Shown here piece after piece: positions 12,461 to 24,600 of a stretch of DNA of 64,000 nt; within the stretch, counting starts at the first letter, position 1, and the number at the start of each line of letters is the position of its first letter. Source of the DNA: Lama glama (taxonomy: Eukaryota); contig CM052822.1 of the NCBI GenBank assembly GCA_028534125.1, positions 63,612,001 to 63,676,000 on the forward strand, read 5' to 3'. The notes beneath the pieces are model-generated. The model was not told the origin of the DNA, made no database searches, and saw only the letters and a program-made list of their open reading frames with translations. A program made the translations under genes and the position numbers.

Positions 12461-14529
12461 GTGTGAACTGTCAGCAGACAGGCAGAGGTCAACCCCACCC
12501 AGACGCTGGAGTCTGCCGGTCAGATACAGGCACAGAGGCAACACAGGGTCACCTTGGTGATTTTCCCCTTCCTAATATTGAAATGATGTAAGCGATGCTT
12601 CAGCTCCAGCCGTGCAGACAATATGGTTTCTCATCAGAGATTCTTCTATGAGGGGCTAAGCACTCTTTCCCTGACAACAGGGCTGTGGGCCGCAGAAGGG
12701 CTGGGGAGTCACGGAGGCAGGACACTCCGGCTGGTCGGTTTCGGGATGGCACAAGGGGAGAGCGAGCTGTGGTCTGTCCGTCCTGTTAGGTGTTTGTGTT
12801 CTTTTCCTCACTTGTGTTTTGCCCTTGGCTTCCTGCCCGTACGGTGACTCCCTCTTCCTCAGGATGGCTATTCTAGAGAATTCCTGCAGAAGTACCCTAA
12901 AGAGGTTTCTCGAAGTTGCCAGGCTCACCTGAGCCCTCTTCCTCTTCCTCTGGTTCAGTTACTTAAAAAGGGACATAAGAAATCTCTCTCCACACCGTCA
13001 TCTAATTCAAGCTAAATCCTAGTCCAGCCACTGCAGAAGCACCGTGGCTTTCATGAGCGCTCCCCCGCGCAGCAGCATTTTCTGGTACCGCTGTCCTGTA
13101 CCACAGGCCACCTCTAATGGGGGCACACCACGAGCTGTGGGATGTCTCAGGTAGAATTGGGGGAGCTGGCTTTGGGGGGATTCTTCTTAGAATACAAAGC
13201 CACTGTCAGAAGCTGATCCCCAGAAACTTGTTTTCCATTCATGGGGCCTAACCTGCCTTGTACACTTGGCTGACCCTACCCAGGAACGGCCCCATGAGCC
13301 ACATTAAAAGGAGACGAGGCCAACAGCATCTCCTTTAAACAGGGCTGACCCTCCTGTCTCCTCTCATCGTCCTGCTCCTGCCTCCTTGACCCTGGATTCC
13401 TGGTCCTACACTCTGCCTTCTCTTTCTGCTTCTTGTCCCCATGGTTTGTGGGCCTGTAAGCTCCCCCTTCCACCTCCTGGCTTTGTACATTCTGCTCACA
13501 ACTGGGCTCTTGGCTCTGTTTGCTCCTTGGCTTTTGTCATCACCCAGTCCAGCCATGCAGGAACCCCCACCCTGTGGGCTGACTCTCTGCCCCTCCTCTG
13601 GGAGAGCAGGGATCTGAACAAGTGATGACTGTTTAGGATCACCCCTGGCGGGAAGATACTCAGAACCAAGAAGGAAGGGGCGGAGCCTGAGAGGATCGTT
13701 GGCATGGGAACGGGAAGGGGTCTCACTTGCCATGTTCTCCCTGCCCAGGACACTGCTGGAATCTCTGCCACTTTCCCACACATCCCTGGCTCCCTCCCCT
13801 CACAGCTGCTCCCATTTCCCTCCCTTTAGCTTATGTAATCACACCCCCCCCCGCCCCGCCCCTTGGCGGTGCCCCAGGGACACTTAGAGCCTTGGCAAGC
13901 CCTCTCCATCTCTCCTGCTGCTCACATCACCTGCCCTTCTCGCAACGTCTCTTTGGCCCCAGACTTTCTCTCTTCCCTCTCCACCCTCTCCAGAGACATC
14001 TTCTCTTCCTTAAGCAAGTGCAGCTCACACAGTTCATAAGAGCTATGGGCACCAAGGGGAGGGCGGTCGGGGGTGTGGTGTCCTGGGGGTACCTAGTGGG
14101 TCTTCACATCACCCGTGGGGCCTGGCCCGCAGCTGCTTCACGCTGCCCTGCGGAGCTGACCCCCACTGCACAGCCTCTCCCACCTCCTCCTCATTCTGAA
14201 GATGTCTGGCAACCCCTCCCCCAACAATTAAAGTTCAGTCGGCACCCACCCCCACGCTGAGAGCCCAAGCCAGGCAAGCCCTCGAAACGCACTTAACCTT
14301 CTCTGTGAGCCCCACTTAGCCTGGAATGCGCAGGAGGTTCAGAACACGGAAACCGGCAATCCAGTTCCTAGGTGAGCGCGCCAAACGAACAAGGCGGGGC
14401 CTTGACTGCAGGGCAAACTGTGCGGCACAGAAAATTAGGAGAAGAGGCGCAGGCACATAGAAAGGAGGCTCGTCAAGAAACTCCGCCCTGACAGCGGAGC
14501 TGTCAACACTGTGGGAATCAAAATAGCCA

Positions 14530-14728
14530 CCGGGTTTCAAAACTCCAGCTCTGCCTCTATGGAGTGGTGTGATCTTGGGCTAGTTGCTCAACCTTTCAGA
14601 ATTTGTCTCCTTTTCGTAAAACGGGGACGGTAATACTTTGGGTCCTCGTAGGATAAAGCGAGCCCACTCGGGGAGCACTCCCCGCGCACTGCCTGACGCA
14701 GGGTAGGTTCCCAGTAAACGTTTGTTCC
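14530..14728 (+). mobile_element. MIR SINE, unusually CpG-rich
   Basis: ccagctctgcctct...gtgtgatcttgggctagttgctcaacctttcag...cgtaaaacggggacggtaatac...gcactgcctgacgcagggtaggttcccagtaaacgtt is collinear with the MIR consensus. Confidence 0.75.
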
Positions 14729-14760
14729 CGTGGGAACCGAAATAGCAAAACGTGACGTGC

Positions 14761-14793
14761 CGCCGCCACCTGGTGGCAGGTTTCGGAGTTGCA
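14761..14793 (-). promoter_or_regulatory. Strong CTCF site with upstream (U) motif
   Basis: Minus strand reads TGCAACTCC-GAAAC-CTGCCACCAGGTGGCGGCG: a core plus a TGCAxxxCC upstream module about 5 bp away. Confidence 0.7.
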
Positions 14794-16354
14794 AATAAAA
14801 GGTTCTAGAATTAAACAGTTATTAACATGTCTTGCTTTGACTTGCTTAAATAGTATGCTGTATAAAGATGGGTAGAAACTGGGGAAGACTGAATAAAGAT
14901 ATGGGGATGGGAAGGTATCCTATTCAGGGGGGAAGGTATAGCAAAGATATTTAAGAGATTTGGTGCTTCTCATATTGCCACAACCCTGCACAAACAGGCA
15001 ATGGCCTGGGACACTGCTTGACCCCAGGGAGCGGCCTGAGATGACATCACCCCTACATACAGGCTTTAGAAAATCCATGGCTTTTCTGACCCTATACTCA
15101 GTTCCATGGTGAGAGTGCTTTTCTGTGGTTGTTGGAGGGGAATGCTGGAGTAATTCTAGCACTGCTGGGCAAGACCGCACCAAGAGGATGTCTTGAAGGT
15201 CTGTAGACTCTGCAGAGGCTGGTCTGGTCATACAGAGATCTTCAATCCTGACAGCTGAGGAACCATGTTCACCCAGCTTGGACCTTCACCGGCTACTGAC
15301 TCCTCTCACTGGGAACCATGGGGGGACACTGGGAAAATCTTGGGTTTACACAGTGGACATCATCTACAACTTCAAAAAGAGAACCGGGAAATCATGCTGC
15401 TTGAGGCTTACTGAGTTGATGGGAAGTGACTAATATCACATACTGGGTATTTCTGGGGTCCACAGCACCCTCTGGGTGAACGACAGCTTGTGCCATATGC
15501 CAGTTACCCAGGTACCGATGTCCTTCAGCACCACTCACTGCTTGACAAAGGCTTCTGTTTCCCCGAGGGCTTGGGAGTGGCTGGGTGTGCACGGCTTGCT
15601 CAGAGTTATCCTATTCCTTTACCGATCTCCTTGCCAGCTGGCTGTCTGAGGCAAGGGTACTCTCTGTGATGCAGGACAGTTTTCACTGATGATGTTAACT
15701 GGTTCATAACTGGAATTGAACATCCTACCCTCAGCCCATCGTCCCTGTATTGTAAAGACTGAGGTCACCAGCTTAGAGGGAAATGTTAAGTAAAGCACTC
15801 ATGGGTGTGCACACATCACATTCACCTGTACAAACAGACAGTGAACTGTCACAGAGAAACAGGTTACGACAAGTAATGTAGCCTCGTCTTCACCTGAGCA
15901 GAGCTGGTGCCTCCCAGGCTCAGCCGAGGCGCAGGGACAGCCAGAAGGATTTGGCGCCATCCTCATTCCTCCTCCGAGTTCCAGCCCCTTCCTTTTGTCT
16001 TCTTTCCCCCAGAAAGACAGTCCTGCTGATTCTGCAACTGAAGCCAAAAGGGCTTCCGAGGGGCCCCCTTTTGCAGTGTGTTTCTGACTTTTTAGTGAAG
16101 CCCTCTTGGTGAGCTGCGGTGGCAGCCGCCTTGCTGCCAGCTGTCCCCACTCCCATGAAATCCAGGCTGAGCCCAGGGTAATCAAAGCGATGTGCAGCTG
16201 ATCTTCAGCTAATATGTCATGACCTGGCATAAGTTCTGGCAAACAGACCTGGGGGTTTTGTGGGTCCCTGTCAGAGGGTCCTAGCAATCTGGGGACCCTG
16301 CTGACCTTTGCTGTGGTTTGGTCTAAAAGAGCTGAGAACTGCAAACTTGTGAGG

Positions 16355-17075
16355 TTTTCATATTGTGATAAAATATACATAACATAAAAGTTACCATCTT
16401 AACCATTTTCAAGCATGCACTTCAATGGCATTAAGTAGTCACAGTGTTGTACTAGCATCAGCACTACCTGTTTCCAAAACTATTTACCTACTCAAACAGA
16501 AACTCTACCCATTAAACAGACACTCCCCATTCTCCTTTCTCCCAGCCCCTGGCGACCACCATTCTACTTCCTGTGTTTATGCATTTGCATCTTCTAGGTA
16601 CTTCCTGTAAGTGGAATCACACCATCGTTGTCCTTTTGTGTCCGACTTATTTCACTTAGCATTTTCAAGGTTCGCCTGCATTGTAGTACCTATCAGAGTT
16701 TCATTATGTCCCAAGGCTGCGTAATACTCCATGGTACACATATACCACACTTTGTGTACCCATTCTTCTGTTGGCAGACATGTGGGTTGTTTCCATCTAT
16801 TTTGCTATTGTGAGTAATGCTGCTATGAACATTGGTGCACAGGCATCTGTTTGAGTCCCTGCTCTCAGCTCTTTGGGGGNNNNNNNNNNNNNNNNNNNNN
16901 NNNNNNNNNNNNNNNNNNNNNNNNNNNNNNNNNNNNNNNNNNNNNNNNNNNNNNNNNNNNNNNNNNNNNNNNNNNNNNNNNNNNNNNNNNNNNNNNNNNN
17001 NNNNNNNNNNNNNNNNNNNNNNNNNNNNNNNNNNNNNNNNNNNNNNNAAATAACGGTCATCTTAAAGGGTGTGAG
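16355..17075 (-). mobile_element. Old L1 (L1MB-like) 3' end, partly N-masked
   Basis: attgtgataaaatatacataacataaaagttaccatcttaaccatttt...tgtgagtaatgctgctatgaacattggtgcacagg. The minus strand translates to PKELRAGTQTDACAPMFIAALLTIAK (L1 ORF2 C-terminus). Confidence 0.9.
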
Positions 17076-17207
17076 GTTTGTGGGTTTTTACCATTTCCTG
17101 TTTTTTCAGTTCTCCTGTGTCTCAGGTTTGAAGAGCAATGCAGAGAGTCTGAGCCTGGCGAGAACCTGAGGAACATCCTGAGAGGACAGCTGTCCTCCTC
17201 GAAGGAG

Positions 17208-17410
17208 ACTTTCTCAACTGAGGCACTGCTGACATTGTGACCAAATGCTTCTTTCTTGTCCTGTGCACTGTACGATGTTTAAGCAGCATCCTTGGCCTCT
17301 ACCCACTGGATGCCAGTAGCTCCGAGTTGTGTCAATCAAAGATGCCTCCGGACATTGCCAGGTGTGCCTTGGGTTGGGGGGAGCAGAACAGCCCCAGCTG
17401 AGAACCACTG
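17208..17410 (-). mobile_element. MER20 (hAT-Charlie) non-autonomous DNA transposon
   Basis: ttctcaactgaggcactgctgacatt...gcagcatccttggcctctacccactggatgccagtagc...gacattgcca...tgagaaccactg. Confidence 0.85.
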
Positions 17411-17611
17411 CCCTGCATAAGGACTAGCTGGATTCAGCCTCGCACCTCAGGAGGAGAGCAGGAGCGGCCCCAGTTGCCGGGAGCTAAGCGTCTTGAGTTC
17501 CAGTTCCAACTTGCTCATCGTCTCAGTTTAGATTTGTGTTTTTCCCCCATGTAGAAGTTGAGCTCAAATTGAGCTCATGTGTTGCTATGCTACAGAAAAT
17601 TTGTTTCTGAG

Positions 17612-17630
17612 ACGCCACCAGGGGGCCCTG
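17612..17630 (+). promoter_or_regulatory. CTCF motif
   Basis: ACGCCACCAGGGGGCCCTG, close to the consensus CCACCAGGGGGCGC. Confidence 0.65.
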
Positions 17631-18529
17631 TTAATCAAGAAGGGCTCAAGATGTCAGCCAGAGTATGTGGGGTGGATGGAGTTGGTGGTGGGGTGATGGT
17701 AGAGGGCTTGGAGAGGGGACTTTTAATGAGCAGTTGATGCTCAGGAAATGCAGGTTCATAATCTAGAAGCCTGGGGGGGTTCCCAGCCCCACTCCACTGC
17801 ACCCCTGGGGCTCCCAGGGAAGGCTGGTTGCCCTTCCTCTCCACCCACCCTTGTGTCACAGGTTGTCTTTCTTTGACATCGCGTCCCACCAAGGCTGACC
17901 TTGAAGACTGGAAGAAAAGTGCTCAATCTAAAATACCTCAAAAGCATCTGCCTCACTGAGCCTCCTGACACTCCTGGATTCCCAGCCCCGACTGCAGTGT
18001 CTTGATTTCTGAATGATGGCAGCACACGGATACTGTCCATCCATGCGTAGTCCTGCACGTGCTCTGTTCAGAGTCCGTTCCCACCCTTTTCTAGGCTCCC
18101 TTCAATAGTACAAGGCTGAAGAGCTCCCAAACCGCCTTCTCATTATTTGTTAGAGCTAGGGTTCCAGATGCAATTTAGCTTGTGCTAAATAAAGCCAGTG
18201 AGCTGATCTTGAATGAAGAATGGAGAAGTAGGCAGAGGTCATTAGCAATACCAACTTCCTGACCTGTCAATCACAGTTAGAGTAATTTGATCTTAAAACC
18301 AACAGTCTAACCGGTGGCCCCTCACTTCTGCAAGCAAATGCTACCACAGTCACCCAAAGATGGCTACAGAATGGTGAAAAAGGTTAAGAGGAAGTAAAGC
18401 TGAAGATCCCAGAACATGCGGAAATACTACATTCCATTCCTTTCAGCACAAGTGGTTCTGTTTCCTGCCTGACACAGGTAGGTTCACTCACAGATGTGTA
18501 CCTATTTCTGACTGCCTTCCCACGCCACT

Positions 18530-18835
18530 GATTTCTATTTGGGAAGTATTTATTGGTCATTTGCTGAGTAGCAGAATGTGCCAAGCACTGTCAGAGGTTG
18601 ACATCCACAGGAACTGTCTATTGATATTGTCTTAAGAAAACAGACCCTGGAGCTCAGGGACCAACACCCCAGGACAATACAAAGTCAATAAGCGAACACC
18701 ACCAAGTTGTGTAGTTGACCACCACCAAGGGTCTCCACAGTGAGAAGGGGTGGGATCCGTGGAGTTACTTCATTCAAATAAGTTTGAACTAGACTTGAAG
18801 GACAGGTCAACCCTGGGTAGCTGGGAAGAAGGGCA
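18530..18835 (-). mobile_element. L2 3' fragment
   Basis: aagtatttattgg...atgtgccaagcactgt...ggagctca...tttgaactagacttgaaggac. Confidence 0.6.
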
Positions 18836-18874
18836 GGTACAGAAAAGAGACAGACACAGGGAGTGACATCTGTA

Positions 18875-19020
18875 AGGGTCAGAATTCTGGACGGATAGCC
18901 TCACTTTGCCACCTCTTCTAGTTGGGTTGATGATTTGATCCCTTGAGAGCTCACGTTACCTTACTGGAAAAATGTGAACATCCTGCAGGGTTGTTGTGAG
19001 GATCAAATGAGATTATAAAA
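18875..19020 (+). mobile_element. MIR SINE
   Basis: ctggaaaaatgtgaaca...cagggttgttgtgaggatcaaatgagat. Confidence 0.65.
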
Positions 19021-19084
19021 TAGACTTCTATATCCAGATCTGAGTTTCTGTATTTCTGGCTATCATCATGTACTACATAAATGT

Positions 19085-19520
19085 GGACTAGATCGTCTCT
19101 GTGTGCCCCTGCAGACCCAGAACCTCATGTTCCCGCCCTGCTCTGACCCTGGGAAGCTGACTTGAATGGACATTGTCCACAGGCTCTCCTGCTCTCTCAC
19201 TGGGTCTCACGTTGGGTTTAGCCAATGGGAGGCTTTGGCAGGAGACTGGAAGGTGAGAGCTGGGTTACTTCCCTGTTCCCTCCATTCCAGCCACACTGTG
19301 CTCCTCTACCAGAGCCCACAGCTGCCAGCAGGTAGCCACTTGTCTCCTAGAGCTAGAGCTTGGTCCAAGGTACAGTAACCAGTTCGGGTCTCCTGCAGTC
19401 TCCCTTGCCGGTTTCCCTATTCTCCACCCACACCATTGTACTTAGTGTCTTTAATGAACTTTCTTTAAGCACCCACTTGGAACATGCCATTTGTTTCCTG
19501 CCACGATTCTGGCAGATACA
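19085..19520 (+). mobile_element. ERVL LTR (LTR16-like)
   Basis: gttgggtttagccaatgggagg...ggcaggagactgga..., ending tgccatttgtttcctgccacgattctggcagataca. Confidence 0.75.
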
Positions 19521-20783
19521 AAGTATAAGCTGCTATATTCAAGTATTCCCCTCAACTAAGAACCTGTGATCACTCCCTGTTTAATAAGGTCAGATCCAAA
19601 TTCATTTTAATAGCATATGAAAAATGCAATTAATAAAGTGATTCCACATGGCATGATTTACAGATTAGCACACTGCTGCTCCTGGCAGCCATTAGAGTGG
19701 AGACTTGATGCCTGAGATGGACGTGGGGGCCTGTGGGAGTGGCACAGAGGTATTCTGCCATCAGTTTCACTTCAGTTCCCTACTTCCAAGCCAGATAAGT
19801 AATTCCAGGACATCCCTTCTGTCCTTTTCTTTTCTCTCTATTCCTTTCCTCCATTCATTTGCACTCCCTTGATTTATTTACTTATTTTGTCCCCATTGGA
19901 AATCCAAATGCAGACACAGGAGGGGAGGCATGATCTTATGTGAAAGGTGGACATGGTGAACAGTAGGAAAGTTTCCTAGCCATTAAAGCCCCATGGTTCA
20001 GCTAGCAGCTAACCTCCCAGATGAGGGAAGCAGCAGATGACTCATTTGGGTAAAATGAGGCCAAGATGGGGAGAAAAGTGGGTGGAGGGAGAGGTCACAG
20101 AGGAGCTGTGCCACCTAATTCAGACTCAGTGCCTGACTAGCTTTAGTTCACAATCCCTCTCCCCTCCCAGGTGAAGGGTCAAGAGATGAAGACTCTATTT
20201 TCCTGGAAATACTTTTGCAAATATAGGCATGTGTACCTATGCTGAGCTAAAGTGATTTTTAAAAAATTAGTAGTAGTAGTGGTTCCCCAGAGAAAAGCAC
20301 TTAGAGATAGTCTCTGAGTGAGGAATTACAGCCAAGTACAGTGTGAAGTGTAGACTGGACATGAATACAACCTGTCCTTTCCCATCCCGTCCCACAAGCT
20401 TTTCTGAGCACCTGCCCCTCTTAGAGAACCTCTAGGACTCTGATGGAGGGTAAACGTAATAACACTAACACTAGGCTATGACTATGGCTCACCCCAGGGG
20501 CTGTTTCTTGCCAGGGGTCTTTGTTGAATGGTTCATTTCAAGGATCTGCTCAAGCCTCTCCTTTGTCTCCAATAGTGTGGAGGAGGGCATGAACCCTTTA
20601 TTTGGCATTTACACAAATGGGAGAATATATGAACCAATCCAGGTCATCTTTTCTCCCCAAGTTTGCTAAAAGACCGAAATCATGCTTTACATTTAACCAG
20701 TTCCCAACAGTGCCAAGCACAGGGTTATGTAGGAATCAAATTAGAAAAATCTAAGACTTGAAAGGGATCTCAGAAGTGGCCTG

Positions 20784-20911
20784 CTTAGGGGTTGGGGTTT
20801 AACATATACCATTACTATATATAAAATAGATGAACAACAAGGACCTACTGTAAAGCACAGGGAACAATATTCAATTTCTTATGATAACATATAATGGAAA
20901 AGAACCAGAAA
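20784..20911 (+). mobile_element. Short L1 3' UTR fragment truncated at both ends, inserted in an antisense MIR (~20740-21050)
   Basis: tatataaaatagatgaacaacaaggacctactgtaaagcacagggaacaatattcaa. Flanking TSD AGAAGTG(G/A)CCTG at 20772-20783 and 20912-20923. Confidence 0.85.
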
Positions 20912-21719
20912 AGAAGTGACCTGGCCCCAAACACCTCAATTTCCAGGTGAGGGGGCAGATACATAAAGAAATACACAATCAAGTTAATTACAAAACTTGG
21001 ACCAGAATGCAAGTCATTTGATGACCAATTCTGTAGTCTTCCACAGCACTATACATAGCTTTCAGTAGCTTGGAAGCTGGCCAACCCCAAGGTCTTTGTA
21101 CTGACACATCAGCTCGAGGGCGGAAAGAGCATGGGCAGATCACGTAGAAATGAGTCACCATCTCCTCTGAAAATTCTAGAAACTGCTGGAATCTAGAAGC
21201 TCAACTGGATTCCAAGCGATGGGACGAGTTAGGGGGCTGGTTCACAACTGATGGTTAAACATGAGAAGACATTTTCCTTTTGTATCTGGGAGGCAGGGAT
21301 GGCAGGTCTGAGGGTGCCGCCTCTCTAGACCTGGTTGTTTTGGCTCCCAGGCCAGGATGGGATTGTGATCTCCAGACTGTGGCTGGGCTCTTAAAAGCAG
21401 GAATCATTCATCCATCCCTGCACTGCTAATCTGTGCAATGGGAATTTCCAACCTGAAGTCAGCATGTAGGTCTGCTATCTAAACTTACTGTGGGATGAAG
21501 GGTGGATGCCTTTCCCTCCTCTCTCCCTGGTTTCCCAGTAACCGGAGCCTTACACATTTGGCTTTGACTTTCTTGCCATTTCTGCTGAAATGTATCATTT
21601 TCTAAGCAAAAAAAAAAAAGGCAGCTTCTCAAGATCTACAAACACCTAGCGCTTGGGGACTTTCTCTGATTCATTCAATTGGAGCAGCAAACTAATACTT
21701 TAAATATAGATGGTGTCCT

Positions 21720-22240
21720 GTATCTTCAACAAATATCTATTCCCTGCTTACCATATGCCAGATCTGCAAAAGGCACTGAGGACACAACAGGCTCCATGAC
21801 ACAGTTGTCAAGGAGCCTAGTAACTAGTGGGGAAGACTGTTAATTACACTGCAGAGTGATGGATGATGGGGTGGACACTACAAAGCAATGGCGGCATCAG
21901 GTGGGCCAGGTGGCCCAGTCATGGGTTGGGGCACAATGTAGTGACCCTGACACTCCTTAGAATAAAGAATATCAAAGCATAAACTGGAGAGATTAGTTGG
22001 GAGTTACAGAGGTGGTGAAGAAAGTCGTCCCGGCAGGGGAAACTGCACATACAAAGTCCTGGAGACCTTCTGGTACATTCAGGAAATGGTAAGTCACATA
22101 ATGTTGCTTGAGCATGAAGTTCAAGGGTGGAGTAGCAACAGATGAGACAGAGAGGATAAGACAAAGTGAGCTCACGCATGACCTCGTAAACCTCATACAG
22201 GGGACTGAACTTCATCCTAATGGCAGTGAGGGGACCACAA
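21720..22240 (-). mobile_element. L2 3' region
   Basis: ttcaacaaatatctatt...ccatatgccag...ggagcctagtaactagtggggaagac...gaacttcatcctaatggcagtgaggggaccac. Confidence 0.7.
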
Positions 22241-22419
22241 AGGGAATAACCATAATAGTGATGATGATAATTATTAGTATTGGTGGTAACTATACTGAGT
22301 GGAAGGGAAATTTTCCTCACTGAAGAGGTGAGTTGAGAAAGTAATAGTCAGTTTACAGTTCAGATTTATAACATTAGGCGGTTACCAGCAATTGGTCTAA
22401 GAATTTTCTGAAGGACATA

Positions 22420-22720
22420 AAAGCAAACAGAGCTTCAGGCACAAAGATATTTATCAAAGCATTATTTATACAAATGAAAACTTGGAAATATTTGAAATTT
22501 ACAATAGGAAGAGGAAGGTTAAATCAATTATATTACATCCCTAAAATGAAATTTTAAGCAGCCATTAGCATAAAGTCACCAGAGATTTTTTAAATGACAT
22601 GAGAACATCAGTAAAAAAGGCAAGATCTTACCTATGGCAGGAGTATATGGGTGTGTGAATTACATTCAATTTTTATTTTCTTTTTTATGCCTTTAAGTAT
22701 TTTGCAATTTTATCCAATCT
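22420..22720 (+). mobile_element. Ancient L1 (L1ME-like) 3' fragment
   Basis: caaagatatttatcaaagcattatttatacaaatgaaaacttggaaa...ggttaaatcaattatattacatcc...gcagccatta. Confidence 0.65.
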
Positions 22721-23034
22721 ACATTTTTGTCATCAAAAGTATTTGAAATAAAAAATATTTTGATGTCAGTGACCATCCATGTACTCTTCTTCAATCACTC
22801 AGGGAGTTCTGAATCTCGCTTATGGACTGCCGAGGATGGACAGATATTCAGCAGATATGCACCCGTACGATTGTACACATTAATTACTGCTGATTCCCTT
22901 CTGATTGGTCAGTGCCCTGGGGCAGTCTGGTGGCTAAACATTTTGATTGTCACCCTGGAGAAGAATTTATATCAACAGAAACTTTGTCTCCAAACAGGCA
23001 TCTTCTTCAGAATGTGTCTGTAGTTTCAGCAGAA

Positions 23035-23200
23035 AAATCCTAGGTTTGAATGCTGGCCCCAATCCTTACTAGCTGGGGGACCTTAGGCAGGTTGTTCTTC
23101 TCTTCTGAGACTCGTTTATAAAGGGAATTAAAACTACTTCCTACAGAACCTATGCAGCAGGTTGTGAGACAAAATAAACAGGGTGAAGCCTCCGGCCCTA
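23035..23200 (+). mobile_element. MIR SINE
   Basis: cctaggtttgaatgctggccccaatccttactagctgggggaccttaggcaggtt. Confidence 0.75.
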
Positions 23201-24025
23201 ATGAGAGCTTGTTGGTCTCATCTTTGTCCACACAAAGTACACCTGGGGTGCCATATTGCTCACTGGCTAGTCTTGCAGTTATGGGACCTCCAAATACACC
23301 TTCAAGTACATAATTCACAAAGCATCCGTTATGCACGCATACCCTTTTGGACCAAAAGGTGAATTTTCTCGAGGAATTGCTGGTTTCATTAACATTTTCC
23401 TTAGTTCTCCTGGGTTGGACCATTCTTAACATGGAGCATTTTTTAGCTGACTTCACTCAGCTGCAGAAACTTTGCACCAACATTCACTACCAGCAATGAC
23501 TTCTCAGGCTGTCCTGACTGTGCATGTGCAACACCTAAAATACCCGTGAAAATGGAACTTTCCCAGGATTTTCCATCAAAGGAGAACCAGAGTTCTGTCA
23601 GTTCTCCTTCTGCCAGAGCAAACTGTTCTGGTAGGGTTTTGACACTGCAGGAGGGTAGGTGTGATGACTAAGTCCATTAAAACCGAGAAGCCCAATGCCC
23701 ACTAATGATCTAACTTAAAGTTCCCAAGATCCTCAATTACAAACAAACAAAAATAAAAGTTGTTCAGTTAGACAGGCTCTTCTTCTGTGCGCAACAGCAG
23801 GTTGCCAGTACAACCAATATAATTCATTTATAGAAAAGAGATAGCAAACATTTTTAAAATGCCTTGTATGTTGCATTTTTTTGCCCATTGAAATGGGAAC
23901 TTTAATGCTACCATATCACCTCAAGTAGGACACAGGTTGCAGTTAGTTTCTGTGGATCTGGGATGGCTGCCTGAGGTTGCCTATAAAAGATGAGGTTTTC
24001 CAGCCATAGGCCAAAACAAAGTTAA

Positions 24026-24600
24026 TATATCTGTAGAAAACTCTAATTTGAAAAGATGTGTGCACCTCAATGTACACAGCAGNNNNNNNNNNNNNNNNNN
24101 NNNNNNNNNNNNNNNNNNNNNNNNNNNNNNNNNNNNNNNNNNNNNNNNNNNNNNNNNNNNNNNNNNNNNNNNNNNNNNNNNNNNNNNNNNNNNNNNNNNN
24201 NNNNNNNNNNNNNNNNNGTGGATGGGCTTAGAGATTATCATACTAAGTGAAGCTTCTCAAATAAAGACAAATATATCACTTACATGTGGAATCTAAAAAA
24301 ATGACACAAATGAACTTATTTACAAAACAGAAACAGACTTAAAGACATAGAAAACAAACTTATGGTTACCAAAGGGGAAAGGGGAGGACAGGAATAAATT
24401 GGGACTTTGGGATTAGCAGATACACACTACTGTATACAGAATAGATAAACAACAAGATCCTACTGTATAGCATAGGGAACTGTATTCAATAATTTGTAAT
24501 AACCTATAATGAAAAAGAATATATACATACATATAACTGAATTACTATGCTGTATACCAGAAACTAACACAACATTGTAAATCAGCTATACTTCAAAAAA
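24026..24600 (+). mobile_element. 5'-truncated L1 (ORF2 end, 3' UTR, A-tail)
   Basis: Translates to WMGLEIIILSEASQ (ORF2 C-terminus). Complete 3' UTR to cagctatacttcaaaaaa. Short TSD AAAGTTAA at 24018-24025 and 24601-24608. Confidence 0.93.

Noticed and set aside
15799-16380. 193-aa minus ORF (and the 177-aa plus ORF at 13727-14260)
   Set aside because: No recognisable homology, no supported exon structure, and composition typical of GC-rich non-coding DNA.
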